In this document: positions 21,000 through 30,732 of the stretch, piece after piece
Numbering within the stretch: position 1 is the first letter of the stretch
Layout of the letters: every line of letters begins with the position of its first letter
Assembly (NCBI GenBank): GCA_963796275.1
Contig: CAWCKY010000006.1
Location: forward strand, 2,304,001-2,368,000
Length of the DNA: 64,000 nucleotides
Source of the DNA: an uncultured Acidobacteriota bacterium
GTDB taxonomy: Bacteria > Acidobacteriota > Blastocatellia > RBC074
Reading direction: 5' to 3'
Position numbers and translations under genes: made by a program
The notes under the pieces: generated by a model
Databases searched by the model: none
What the model was told of the DNA's origin: nothing
The model's input: only the letters and a program-made list of their open reading frames with translations

Positions 21000-21968
21000 A
21001 TGAAAGCAATTGTCGTCCTTCAATACGGGGGACCGGAAGCATTGGTCTATCAGGAAATCGAAAAACCTGCCCCGAAAGCCGGCGAGGCGCTGGTCAGGCT
21101 CGAAGCCATCGGCCTCAACTTCATTGATGTTTATCACCGGACCGGACTTTATCCGCAAGAGCGCCCCTTCATTCCTGGGATGGAAGCCGCTGGTGTGATC
21201 GAAGCCATCGGTTCAGGTGTCACTGAAATCTCGGTAGGTGACCGCGTGGCTTATGCGATGTCTCCGGGCGCTTATGCTGAATATGCTATCGTGCCCGCAT
21301 GGAAGCTGGTCCAGGTCCCTGATGGCGTTGATGCACGGCAGGCTGCCGCCATGATGCTGCAGGGAATGACGGCGCATTACCTGATGACTTCCACCTATCC
21401 ACTCAAAGCTGGCGAGACGGCATTGATTCATGCGGCGGCCGGTGGTGTGGGATTGTTGCTAATTCAATTGGCGAAACGCATTGGCGCGCGCGCCATTGGT
21501 ACTGTTTCGACGGAGGCCAAAGCGCAGCTTGCCCGCGATGCCGGAGCCGCAGAGGTAATTCTTTACACCAAGCAGGACTTCGAGCAGGAGACGCGCCGGA
21601 TGACTGGAGGAAAAGGTGTTCAAGTTGTATATGATTCAGTCGGGAAAGACACTTTTCTCAAAAGCCTGAATTCACTGGCGCCGCGAGGGATGCTGGCGCT
21701 CTTCGGCCAGTCAAGCGGACCGGTCGAATCGTTCAACCCTGCGCTACTGGCTCAAAAAGGCTCGCTGTTTTTGACCAGACCGAGCCTGGCAAATTACGCG
21801 GCAACCAGAGATGAGTTACTGTGGCGCTCGGGCGAGCTGTTCGATTGGATCCTATCCGGTGAATTGAAGCTACGGATTGAGAAGACGTTTCCACTGGCCG
21901 AAGCCGCCGAATCTCATCGGCAACTCGAAGGCAGGAAGACGACGGGCAAGGTACTGCTGATCCCATGA
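21000..21968 (+). CDS. qor: NADPH:quinone oxidoreductase (zeta-crystallin family)
   Basis: GLNFIDVYHRTGLY, GMTAHYL, HAAAGGVG, VYDSVGKDTF, GSLFLTRPSL, RKTTGKVLLIP. Confidence 0.95.
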   Translation: MKAIVVLQYGGPEALVYQEIEKPAPKAGEALVRLEAIGLNFIDVYHRTGLYPQERPFIPGMEAAGVIEAIGSGVTEISVGDRVAYAMSPGAYAEYAIVPAWKLVQVPDGVDARQAAAMMLQGMTAHYLMTSTYPLKAGETALIHAAAGGVGLLLIQLAKRIGARAIGTVSTEAKAQLARDAGAAEVILYTKQDFEQETRRMTGGKGVQVVYDSVGKDTFLKSLNSLAPRGMLALFGQSSGPVESFNPALLAQKGSLFLTRPSLANYAATRDELLWRSGELFDWILSGELKLRIEKTFPLAEAAESHRQLEGRKTTGKVLLIP

Positions 21969-22118
21969 TCGTTCCCTCGTTCCCCTTCGATTCAGAGGCC
22001 GAGGAACTTCGCCCTCATAGAAAACCGTCTTCCGCTTCATCTGCTGGCCTGCATAATTGGCTCGATTACTTTGGGATTCCTACGTTATGACGTAGAAACG
22101 TTTAGCAGCGTGAGGATA

Positions 22119-23123
22119 TCAAGAGCGATCTTTTTTGCGCGCATAATAGCCTCGCCGGGTTCTGACCACGACTTTACCCTCGCGCGCTTCTACCTGTGGC
22201 GCGACCCTCAGCTCGAGTTTGCGAAACTTGCCATCGAGATTGGAGTCGGTCGGTGTGTATCCCAACGTATAGCGTGCGCGTAGATGGCCGATCACCTCAA
22301 CCAATCTACGCGCGACCTCCTTTTTTTTAGCCTTCATCACCTCGCCACCAGTCTTATCAGCAAAGGGGTCTATGCGGCCCAGTAGTGTTCCCAAAGGATA
22401 TCTGGCCTTCCCAATTATCGCGCCGAATATCTCGCTTTCCACAATCAAGCCGCAGACAACGCTCCCCGACTCGTAGAGCTGTTCCATGGCTTCATTCCCC
22501 GAATGGCCCGTAGGAATCGCGCTCGATTGATTATCCGTCACTCCGATGATGACCCGGCGGCTGAGCGGGTTGGTAGCCCGGTTCATCTGCGTCGCAGCCT
22601 GATATACCCCCTCGTTAATGCGTGTGCCGCTCCGCGCCCAGAAACCCAGGGGATTGTCTTTGACACCTGCAATCTTGTCTTCGATCAGTCGCCGATCTTT
22701 GGTGAAGCTTTGAATAAGCTTCGCCCCGCTCGCAAAGACCATGACCCCCACTTCATCTTCAGGTTTCAACTGCTGCATCGCATACCTTGCGCCGGCCTGT
22801 ATCTGTTGGAGTCTTGGCTGCACGCTTGCACTCACATCCAGCAAGAGCATTATTGAGAGAGGCAGCTTATCCTGGCTGAAATGTGAGATTTCCTGCTGCA
22901 CGCCGTCTTCGTAGAGCAGGAAATCATCCCGCTTGAGATCGCCAATGACGCGGCTCATGTTCTTGCTCATGACCAGGGCGTCCGTTACGACCAGATCGGT
23001 GTCGATCTTCACAGCTAATTCGGACTGTTTGGGCTGCTGAGTTTGTGAGCCCACCTCAGACGTGCCCAACGATAACAAGAAGAGAAGGGAAACAAGAGAT
23101 ACTTTGGCGAACCCGACGCGCAT
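22119..23123 (-). CDS. VWA domain protein (acidobacterial VWFA-related family)
   Basis: Signal peptide, LYEDGVQQEISHF, MIDAS LLLDVSAS, LRARYTLGYTP, VRTRRGYYA. Confidence 0.9.
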   Translation of the reverse strand: MRVGFAKVSLVSLLFLLSLGTSEVGSQTQQPKQSELAVKIDTDLVVTDALVMSKNMSRVIGDLKRDDFLLYEDGVQQEISHFSQDKLPLSIMLLLDVSASVQPRLQQIQAGARYAMQQLKPEDEVGVMVFASGAKLIQSFTKDRRLIEDKIAGVKDNPLGFWARSGTRINEGVYQAATQMNRATNPLSRRVIIGVTDNQSSAIPTGHSGNEAMEQLYESGSVVCGLIVESEIFGAIIGKARYPLGTLLGRIDPFADKTGGEVMKAKKKEVARRLVEVIGHLRARYTLGYTPTDSNLDGKFRKLELRVAPQVEAREGKVVVRTRRGYYARKKDRS

Positions 23124-23529
23124 GCGACAACCTCCACGAAAGCCCAAATAAACGCCTTTTTTGCGAAGCTCTCTAAATAATTCGAGAGCGTACCGATTCA
23201 GAATTGATTAATTGGATTTTTAAGCTGGTTGATCCGGGAAGATTTAACCAGTAATAAAGTGGAGGCCTTGAGAAAATGGACACCAAAAATATGACTCACT
23301 GCCTTCCGATATGCAACCTCAAATGGATAGCTTTTCAGAGGCGGGAGGGGGGCTAAAAAACCTTCTTAACCGAGATGAGTTTTTCTCATCTAGTCTGAAT
23401 TTATCGAAGACGGACGCAATCACCGTTTCCCACCCACGGGAGGCTACTCGTTTCGCATTCACCCTAAATTCGCTTAAAATCGTATCACGCTTGCAACCGC
23501 GGTGGCTCGCGATGCCGCGAGGGGGCTTC

Positions 23530-24630
23530 ATGACGCGAAAAGAGATCGAACTCGAAGATTACCTTGAGACGCCTCTTCGAAAGATCGTGCACATCGATAT
23601 GGACGCATTCTACGCTTCCGTCGAGCAGCGCGACGATGCGAGTTTGCGCGACAAGCCTGTCATAGTCGCCTGGCGCGGAAATCGTTCTGTAGTATGCGCC
23701 GCCTCATACGAGGCCCGGCGGTTTGGCGTTCGCTCCGCCATGCCCGTGATTCGCGCGGAGCGCCTCTGTCCCGGCGCGATCTTTATTCCACCCGACTTCA
23801 CCAGATACAAAGCCGCCTCGCGCGCTGTGCGAGATATCCTTTCGCGCCACACTGATATTATCGAGCCGCTTTCGCTCGACGAGGCATACCTGGATGTAAC
23901 AGAGAACAAGTCAGGTTTGCCCACGGCCACTCGCGTGGCGCGCATGATTCGGCGCCAGATTCGAGATGAACTAAACCTCACCGCTTCCGCCGGAGTCGCG
24001 CCGAACAAGTTCCTAGCCAAGATCGCTTCTGACTGGCGCAAACCGGACGGGCTCTTCGTGATTCAGCCGGATGAAGTGATCGCCTTTCTCATGCCGCTCG
24101 CCGTCAGCCGGATTCCCGGTGTGGGTAAAGTCACGGAAATCCGATTGAAGGAACTGGGCGTCGCAACTGTCGTAGACCTCCGTGATCTCGGGCTGGAAGC
24201 GCTTGAAAGCAAGTTCGGTCGGTACGGGCGCCGTCTCTATGAACTGGCGAACGGCATTGATCACAATCCGGTTGTGTCCGACAGGCCGACGAAGTCGATC
24301 TCCGCTGAAGATACCTTCGAACGCGACCTGCCGCTTTGCGAGACAGAGGATCCGATTAGACGACTCGCTGAGAAAGTATGGGCGGCTGCTCGGAAAGACG
24401 CCCGTATCCCGCGAACTGTCGTACTTAAATTGAAGACGAGCGACTTCAATATTATGACACGCAGCCATACACCGCCGAGCCCTCCAGTTAGTTGTGAGGA
24501 GTTCACGGCCATTGCGCTCTCGTTGCGAGAACGCGTCGAATCATCCCCTGATCAGCGATTCCGCCTGGTGGGTGTGGGATTGAGCAACTTCATAGTCCCC
24601 GAACAGCCACAACCGACGCTCTTCGATTAG
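23530..24630 (+). CDS. dinB: DNA polymerase IV
   Basis: RKIVHIDMDAFYASVEQ, ASYEARRFGVRSAM, EPLSLDEAYLD, KIASDWRKPDG, C-terminal clamp-binding-like QPTLFD. Confidence 0.96.
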   Translation: MTRKEIELEDYLETPLRKIVHIDMDAFYASVEQRDDASLRDKPVIVAWRGNRSVVCAASYEARRFGVRSAMPVIRAERLCPGAIFIPPDFTRYKAASRAVRDILSRHTDIIEPLSLDEAYLDVTENKSGLPTATRVARMIRRQIRDELNLTASAGVAPNKFLAKIASDWRKPDGLFVIQPDEVIAFLMPLAVSRIPGVGKVTEIRLKELGVATVVDLRDLGLEALESKFGRYGRRLYELANGIDHNPVVSDRPTKSISAEDTFERDLPLCETEDPIRRLAEKVWAAARKDARIPRTVVLKLKTSDFNIMTRSHTPPSPPVSCEEFTAIALSLRERVESSPDQRFRLVGVGLSNFIVPEQPQPTLFD

Positions 24631-24755
24631 CTATCAAGCTAGGAGATTTTTCTCTGCGCGCTTTGATTTTTTTATGACGGGCACGAAGCACACGATGCGT
24701 TTCGACAACACCGCTTTTGAGAAACTCCGGATCGGCTATTGCTAAAACCGTATTG

Positions 24756-26252
24756 CTAAAACGTGATGCTATAACTGAAACCGGGTTTATTTGCGAAGGC
24801 CAGCACGAACGAGAAGTTGTGCCTCCCGTGCGCATAGTTCACCATAGGATGCACTCGAACGCCGTCATAAATGACCAGCGATGATATCTTCTTGGTAAAG
24901 TACACATTCAGCCCGGCCACTGGCCGCCAGTTGTGCTCATACGTTCCGTAAGCCACGCCAGCATACGGAGCGATGGGCAGCCCTGTTTCACGCTTCAGGT
25001 TTTTACTGAAGGTTGCGTAAAACGACTGACCGTCGGGCGTGCCGATTCGGTCGGAACTCGTGCCGAGAATCAGCGCCGGGCGGCGTTCAGTCTCCGGCAT
25101 AACCAACCAGTTGATCAGCGGACTCACCCTGCCGCTTGCATCCTCAGCGCGTGGATTGAATTCAACCCCCGCAGATAATCTAGGATAAATCCGGTATGTG
25201 AGTGTGGTTCGGACAGTCGCGCGCGGCACGGCTCCCGGAATGACACGCGTCCCGAAAGTCCATTTATCTTCACTTACGTTCACTGCCCCGCTCACGGCGC
25301 GGCCCTCGCCCGGTCAGAGCGGTCAGCTAGGTACGCTGGAAACCTCGAGTGTCGATTTACTTTTGGCCATGGCTATCTGTTCGCGTTTTGCTTCGCGCTC
25401 GCCTTGCGCCACCAGCTTTTCGAGGTGCTTTTTGATCTCTTCCTGCGTCACGACGCTTCTATATATCGCCACTATCTTTCCATCGCGCCCGATGATGGCT
25501 GTGCCGGGCAGCCCGGGTCCGAGGCCGAACTGAGCCATCTGTTCCGTAGTTGCGCCCATCCAGACCGGGAAGTTGACGATTGTCTCCTTGATGAATTGTC
25601 GCACTGCCTTCAGTTCGGCGAATGTGTCAGCCGAAGCGCCGATGACCTGCACTCCGTAAGCAGCGTAACTGTTCTGGATAGCCGCCAGATCGGGCATCTC
25701 CTTCTTGCACGGTCCGCACCACGTCGCCCAGAAGTTCAGCACGACGATCCGCCCGCGGTATGAGCTCAATTTCTGATCCACCCCGAACAGGTCTTTCAAC
25801 ACCAGTTCGGTCTCTTTCCCTATGACGTCAGGAGAAGCCGGTTCTGAAGGCTTGGATAGAACTTTAAGATCGTCCACTTTGACAAAGTTTTGTTTCTTAC
25901 TGACGCGAACCGGGCCGGTGATTTCCACGCGGCTGCCGACATAACTCAGCCAGTTCGGCTCCGGACGTTTGAACTTTCCGTCTTCGAGTTGATAGAACTT
26001 CGTGGCGCCGTCCTGTGCCGCTACCGCCAAAAGTGTCGGGTCGCCATTGGCGATGCACTTGGCGGCTTGCGTCAGGTCTTCTTGCGAGCCGTACGGGACT
26101 TTCCGGCGGTCGGCCTTATTCCAGCAATCTAAACAACACACGATCTGACCTTCGATAAAGCCACTCGCCTTTGCCGCTTGCGCCGAGGCAGGCTGAAAGA
26201 AAAGCGACGATGTCAAAATAGATAACAAGAGTGACAATATTATTCGATTCAC
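24756..26252 (-). CDS. Candidate selenoprotein: signal peptide + Cys-rich N-domain + TlpA thioredoxin (WCGPC) + UPLU (two in-frame UGA) + putative outer-membrane beta-barrel; standard callers split it into 25323-26294 and 24756-25295
   Basis: Both ORFs share one frame. The junction reads ...VSSVPS-TGA(25325-23)-P-L-TGA(25316-14)-PGEGRAVSGAV... with a GC-rich hairpin right after. The TlpA domain (NFWATWCGPCKKEMP) is certain; readthrough is inferred. Confidence 0.7.
25288..25322 (-). promoter_or_regulatory. Candidate bacterial SECIS stem-loop
   Basis: mRNA CCGCUC-UGA-CCGGGCGAGGGCCGCGCCGU-GAGCGG: CCGCUC pairs with GAGCGG around an inner GC stem, directly 3' of the first UGA. Confidence 0.55.
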
Positions 26253-26355
26253 GGTGGATTCTCCCCGCTGATGCAGAAGCGGACACGCGGACATCAGCCG
26301 ATAGCGTGATGATTGGGGCGATGAATTTGTGTGTGCGTGAGTGAGGGTGTGGCGA

Positions 26356-26715
26356 TTAAATGCGCAGCACGGATACTCTTGGCAGAGGTGGCGAACTTGC
26401 AGGCTGTGGCGGCCCGGCAGTCAGGTTCAAAGTTTGGAAATGATAAAAATCGAAAATCTCCGAGAGCAGCAAGGGCCGGGTGAGGTGGCCCGCCGGTGTT
26501 TTCTGAATTTTCTCCGGCGGTAGATATCTGAGTGTGTCGAGTGAACAACACACGTCTTCCGGCTCGCTCGACGAAACGCTGGGTGCGTCAGAAGCGCAAA
26601 ATGATTCCCCCACATGGTCTGCGCAGTTAGCAATGCAGCCTAGAGACAAGCAGAGCACATTGAGCGCTAGCGCGAAAGAGAGGAATCTTTTTGTAATGTT
26701 ACTCCGACATTTCAT
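26356..26715 (-). CDS. Small Cys/His-rich exported protein (DUF2946-like metal-locus leader)
   Basis: Signal-like N-terminus, [12 protein letters not shown], Pro-rich tail ending [11 protein letters not shown]; same strand as and just upstream of the TlpA gene. Confidence 0.6.
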   Translation of the reverse strand: MKCRSNITKRFLSFALALNVLCLSLGCIANCADHVGESFCASDAPSVSSSEPEDVCCSLDTLRYLPPEKIQKTPAGHLTRPLLLSEIFDFYHFQTLNLTAGPPQPASSPPLPRVSVLRI

Positions 26716-26843
26716 CGGCGGAATTATAACGAATGTTTCGTCGGCTGCCAAACGCGCATATCTGATGGTGTCCCAGACGATCGGAAGACGATGCTGCTGC
26801 CATGTTGTGTGTTAACCTGGCAGCGACCGGCCCACACACGATC

Positions 26844-27575
26844 ATGACAAGACTCCGAGACATCCCCATAGGAATCGCGCGATGGATAGAGAGCGCCATG
26901 GTCAGCGTGATCTACATGCCGATCATTTGTGGGGCCGCATTCGTATCTCGCCGGACGGCTTACCGCCTTTTACGGCGCTGGTCGCGCGCACAACTCCGAG
27001 TATTCGGAATCGACCTCGAGGTAGAGTGGGAGGCGCCGCTCGAAGAGGGTCGAGCTTACGTGTTCGCGCACCTCAACCAGACGAGCCTCCTCGAATCGTT
27101 CATCTTCCCTTGCGTGATGCCGGGGCAATTCCGGATGGTGATCAACATCGAGTTCGCGCTGGTTCCATTCATCGGTCAGATGATGGTCGCGCTGGGGGCG
27201 ACCGTGATCGTGCGCCAATGGCCGGCGCAGGGGAAACGCGCGCTTGAGGGAGCCGTTCGGCACCTCAAGCGAGGCCAATGCTTCGGTATCTCGCTCGAAG
27301 GACGACGAAGCCGCGATGGCCGCCTTTCACGGTATCGAAAAGGAGCCGTGGTCATGGCAATCAAGGGTCAAGCAGACCTCGTGCCCTTCTACATTGTAGG
27401 CGCGCGTGAGTCCTGGCCATTTGGTGCCTGGTTACCGCGGCCCGGTCGCGTTCGGGCCGTCTTCATGCAACCTATTCGCGTCGCCGGAGCCACTTACCAG
27501 GACCGTGACGACCTGGTTGAGAGGCTGCGCGACGCTGTCGAAGAGGCACTGGGCGAGCGTCCTCCCATCCGTTGA
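26844..27575 (+). CDS. Lysophospholipid acyltransferase (PlsC family)
   Basis: LEGRRSRDG, GAVVMA, LVPFYIVGA..WP, PGRVRAVF. The NHxxxxD motif is replaced by LNQTSLLE. Confidence 0.75.
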   Translation: MTRLRDIPIGIARWIESAMVSVIYMPIICGAAFVSRRTAYRLLRRWSRAQLRVFGIDLEVEWEAPLEEGRAYVFAHLNQTSLLESFIFPCVMPGQFRMVINIEFALVPFIGQMMVALGATVIVRQWPAQGKRALEGAVRHLKRGQCFGISLEGRRSRDGRLSRYRKGAVVMAIKGQADLVPFYIVGARESWPFGAWLPRPGRVRAVFMQPIRVAGATYQDRDDLVERLRDAVEEALGERPPIR

Positions 27576-27830
27576 TTGAGCAACTACACTCTTGCCTGAT
27601 TAAGGTCAGATTCATCTGCCAATTGTCGTAGCCATTCTCGGCGGCATTTTCATTTCAATGTTTTGAAAATGATTGTATTCCGGGCGCTGAATTACGGTCA
27701 CGCAGAAGTGTGGGCGACAACGCGCGCGATCAAGCGGATGAGAAGGGCTGGGAGCTGACGCCGCTGGCCTGCAGGCAGGTGAGGTGGTCGTTTCAGGGTC
27801 GTCTGTGTAAACTATTAGTCGATCCCTTTT

Positions 27831-29222
27831 ATGACAATTACAGCGCCCGATCATTCCGAGAATCAACTCATCCGCGCCTTGCTGGAAGCCCGCGCGCGTA
27901 CGCTCGAATTAGTCTCTGACCTGAGCGACGAACAGATGATCGGACCGCGCCTCGCCATCGTCAATCCCTTGCGCTGGGAGATCGCGCACGTGGGATGGTT
28001 CCAGGAATATTGGATATTACGCCATCTTCGCCAACTCGAACCGGTTTGGAATGTGGCGGATCAGATGTATGACTCGGCACGCATCGCGCACGATACGCGC
28101 TGGGACCTCTCATTGCCCTCGAAGGCTGAAACAATCGGTTATACGCAGCGGATCCTCGATCGCGTGGTCGAGCAAACGGCATCTAATCCCTCTCGCGATG
28201 TGAACGTATATAATGACGCATACTTTCTACAACTCGCGCTTTTTCACGAAGACATGCACGCTGAGGCGATCATTTATACGAGACAGACGCTTGGCTATAC
28301 TGAGCCTCGCCTGACCCCGGCTCGGGACGTACCACCGGGAGCGCAAGTTGAGGGAGAGCGTGGAAAGATGGAAGCCGCTACATCAACCGCCACTTTATTG
28401 AAGGGGTTGGGAGACGCTGAAGTACCCGGAGGAACATTCCTGCTCGGCAGCGCGCCGGACGACGGTTTTGTGTTTGACAATGAAATGTGGGCGCATCCGG
28501 TCGAGGTGAAGCCGTTTGCGATCTCAAGGACCGCGGTGACGAACGCAGAATTCGCGGCTTTCGTGGCCGACGGCGGCTATCTGAATCGCGTGTTTTGGGA
28601 TGTGGAAGGATGGCGATGGCGCGAGAGCTCCGAGGCCGAACGCCCGATTTATTGGCAACCGATTTCTGGCGGCCGATGGCTGCGCCGGAACTTCGACCAA
28701 TGGGTCGCACTCGAAAACGACCTCCCCGTGTTGCACGTCAATTGGTATGAGGCTTCGGCCTACTGCCGCTGGGCCGGACGTCGCCTGCCGACGGAGCCCG
28801 AATGGGAGATGGCCGCCAGTTCCGAGCCGGCGCCGGGTGGGCAGGGAATTGCCGATCGCAAAAGGCGCTACCCCTGGGGCGACTCGCCACCCACGCCTGT
28901 GCGCGCAAATCTGGACTGGCGCAATATGGGTTGTCTAGTTGCGCATGCCTTGCCAGCGAGCGAAAGCGCTTTCGGCTGCCGCCAGATGATAGGTAATACC
29001 TGGGAGTGGACCGCCACCGCTTTTGAACCTTTTCCCGGCTTCGCCGCCGGCCCCTACAAGGAATATTCCGCGCCATGGTTCGGGGATCATAAAGTATTGC
29101 GCGGAGGATGCTGGGCCACTCGTTCGCGCCTGATTCGCAATAACTATCGTAACTTCTACAAGCCGGACCGTCGCGACGTGTGGGCCGGGTTCCGCACTTG
29201 CGCGCTTTCAGACGAACGATGA
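27831..29222 (+). CDS. senA: Selenoneine synthase SenA-like (EgtB-related DinB_2 + FGE-sulfatase) protein
   Basis: IVNPLRWEIAHVGWFQEYW signature, HEDMH iron-binding motif, FVFDNE, RLPTEPEWE, GNTWEWT, YKEYSAPWF, VLRGGCW, YRNFY; translationally coupled to a senB-like gene. Confidence 0.85.
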   Translation: MTITAPDHSENQLIRALLEARARTLELVSDLSDEQMIGPRLAIVNPLRWEIAHVGWFQEYWILRHLRQLEPVWNVADQMYDSARIAHDTRWDLSLPSKAETIGYTQRILDRVVEQTASNPSRDVNVYNDAYFLQLALFHEDMHAEAIIYTRQTLGYTEPRLTPARDVPPGAQVEGERGKMEAATSTATLLKGLGDAEVPGGTFLLGSAPDDGFVFDNEMWAHPVEVKPFAISRTAVTNAEFAAFVADGGYLNRVFWDVEGWRWRESSEAERPIYWQPISGGRWLRRNFDQWVALENDLPVLHVNWYEASAYCRWAGRRLPTEPEWEMAASSEPAPGGQGIADRKRRYPWGDSPPTPVRANLDWRNMGCLVAHALPASESAFGCRQMIGNTWEWTATAFEPFPGFAAGPYKEYSAPWFGDHKVLRGGCWATRSRLIRNNYRNFYKPDRRDVWAGFRTCALSDER

Positions 29223-30229
29223 ATATCCTCATCACCACCCCGGCGCCGCCTCGATCCAGATACGGCAACCGTGTAACGGCGCTGCGATGGGCGCGCATCC
29301 TCAAGGGACTTGGACACCATGTCGCCGTCTCCCAGGTCTACGAAGATGGCGATTACGATCTGCTCATCGCGCTACATGCGCGCCACGGCTATTTTTCGAT
29401 CGACCGATTCCGCAGCCTGCATCCGGACAAACCGCTTGTCGTCACGCTCTCCGGGACAGACCTCTACCAGGACCTCAAGCAGAGCAAGCTTGCGCGCAAA
29501 TCGCTTGACCTTGCCACGCGCATTGTCGTGCTTCAACCGAAGGCTTTTGACGATTTGCCGTCGCGACATCACGCGAAAACGCGGGTCATCTATCAGTCGG
29601 CTCGGGGGGGTCGAGCGGTTCAGCCAGCTATATCGGACAACAACCGGCATCCAGGCAATCGGGCCGGGTCACGCAATTTCAATGTTTGCGTGATCGGCCA
29701 CCTGCGACCGGTGAAAGACCCGTTTCGGGCTGCGCTGGCGGCGCGTCGACTGCCGTCTTCATCAAGAATTCGCGTGTTACACATTGGCGGGGCGATGACC
29801 GAGGAGATGGCGGCGAAAGCGCGCGCGGAGATGAAGGTCAACCCACGTTACCTGTGGCTTGGTGAACAACCGCGATGGCGCGCACGCCGCATCCTGACGC
29901 GCAGCCATTTGTGCGTTCTCTCGTCTCGGCTGGAAGGCGGCGCCAATGTGCTCTCGGAATCGATAGTAGCTTCGGTGCCCGTGGTCGCAACGCAAATTCC
30001 CGGCACTGTCGGGATATTAGGCGCGGACTACCCTGGCTATTTCACCGTAGGCGATACCCGTGAATTGAGGGGGCTTTTGCTGCGCGCGGAGGCAGAACCG
30101 GATTTTTTAAATGTTCTCAAGTCAAAGTGCGAGGATTGTGCCGAACTTTTCGAGCCGGCTCGTGAACAGAGGACCTGGAAGAATTTGCTCGCCGAACTAA
30201 GAGTAAGGAATTCGTCAACCAAGCTTTAG
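29219..30229 (+). CDS. senB: Selenosugar synthase SenB-like glycosyltransferase
   Basis: ITTPAPPRSRYGNRVTALRWARIL, IALHARH, SGTDLY, GHLRPVKDP, SRLEGGANV, GILGADYPGYF; ATGA overlap with the senA stop. Confidence 0.88.
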   Translation: MNILITTPAPPRSRYGNRVTALRWARILKGLGHHVAVSQVYEDGDYDLLIALHARHGYFSIDRFRSLHPDKPLVVTLSGTDLYQDLKQSKLARKSLDLATRIVVLQPKAFDDLPSRHHAKTRVIYQSARGGRAVQPAISDNNRHPGNRAGSRNFNVCVIGHLRPVKDPFRAALAARRLPSSSRIRVLHIGGAMTEEMAAKARAEMKVNPRYLWLGEQPRWRARRILTRSHLCVLSSRLEGGANVLSESIVASVPVVATQIPGTVGILGADYPGYFTVGDTRELRGLLLRAEAEPDFLNVLKSKCEDCAELFEPAREQRTWKNLLAELRVRNSSTKL

Positions 30230-30239
30230 ACGATAGGTT

Positions 30240-30267
30240 AATCCCACCGACGGCAGTCGGTGGGATT
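30240..30267. repeat. Perfect palindrome AATCCCACCGAC-GGCA-GTCGGTGGGATT (REP-like; may also act as the senB terminator/stabiliser)
   Basis: 12-bp perfect inverted repeat 10 nt after the senB stop; related sequence at 19107-19166. Confidence 0.75.
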
Positions 30268-30732
30268 TAGTCAATAAAGATCTGTTCAGTCTAGGTTGAG
30301 ACTTGTTAGACAGCTCGGTGTCCCACTAAAGGGCGCTAAAGTCAGTAGCGATCGCGTGCGTAGATTATTTCAATAAAGGGAATTTCCTCCATTACAATCT
30401 GATTTCTTAGCTGGACGCCTTGTTGCGATTTCTGAACCTCGCTATTCAGGCGGGCGGTAAATCATCAGCAACGCCAATATTCAAATATTTTGCGGGCCTC
30501 GGATCTTAAGTAATGCCTGGGAATTTTCCGAATAACCCTACGTAGATTACCTATGCCGGAATACGCAATCAAAAGAGCCTGTCTACTGAACCACCGGGAT
30601 ATAAAGCCGTGCCACACATTTGTATAATGACGACATCCCAATAAAGAAGGCTGAAACTCTCCAACACAACAAAACTCGGGAACCGAATTAAGCCACAAAT
30701 CTATCGGTGGATAATTTTATAGAAGGGGATTT

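Noticed and set aside
23311-23529. N-terminal extension of DinB
   Set aside because: No polymerase-like content; the family motif begins shortly after ATG 23530.
27600-27830. tRNA-Sec, structured leader or UGA-containing small ORF before senA
   Set aside because: No cloverleaf or convincing ORF by eye; a covariance-model search would be needed.
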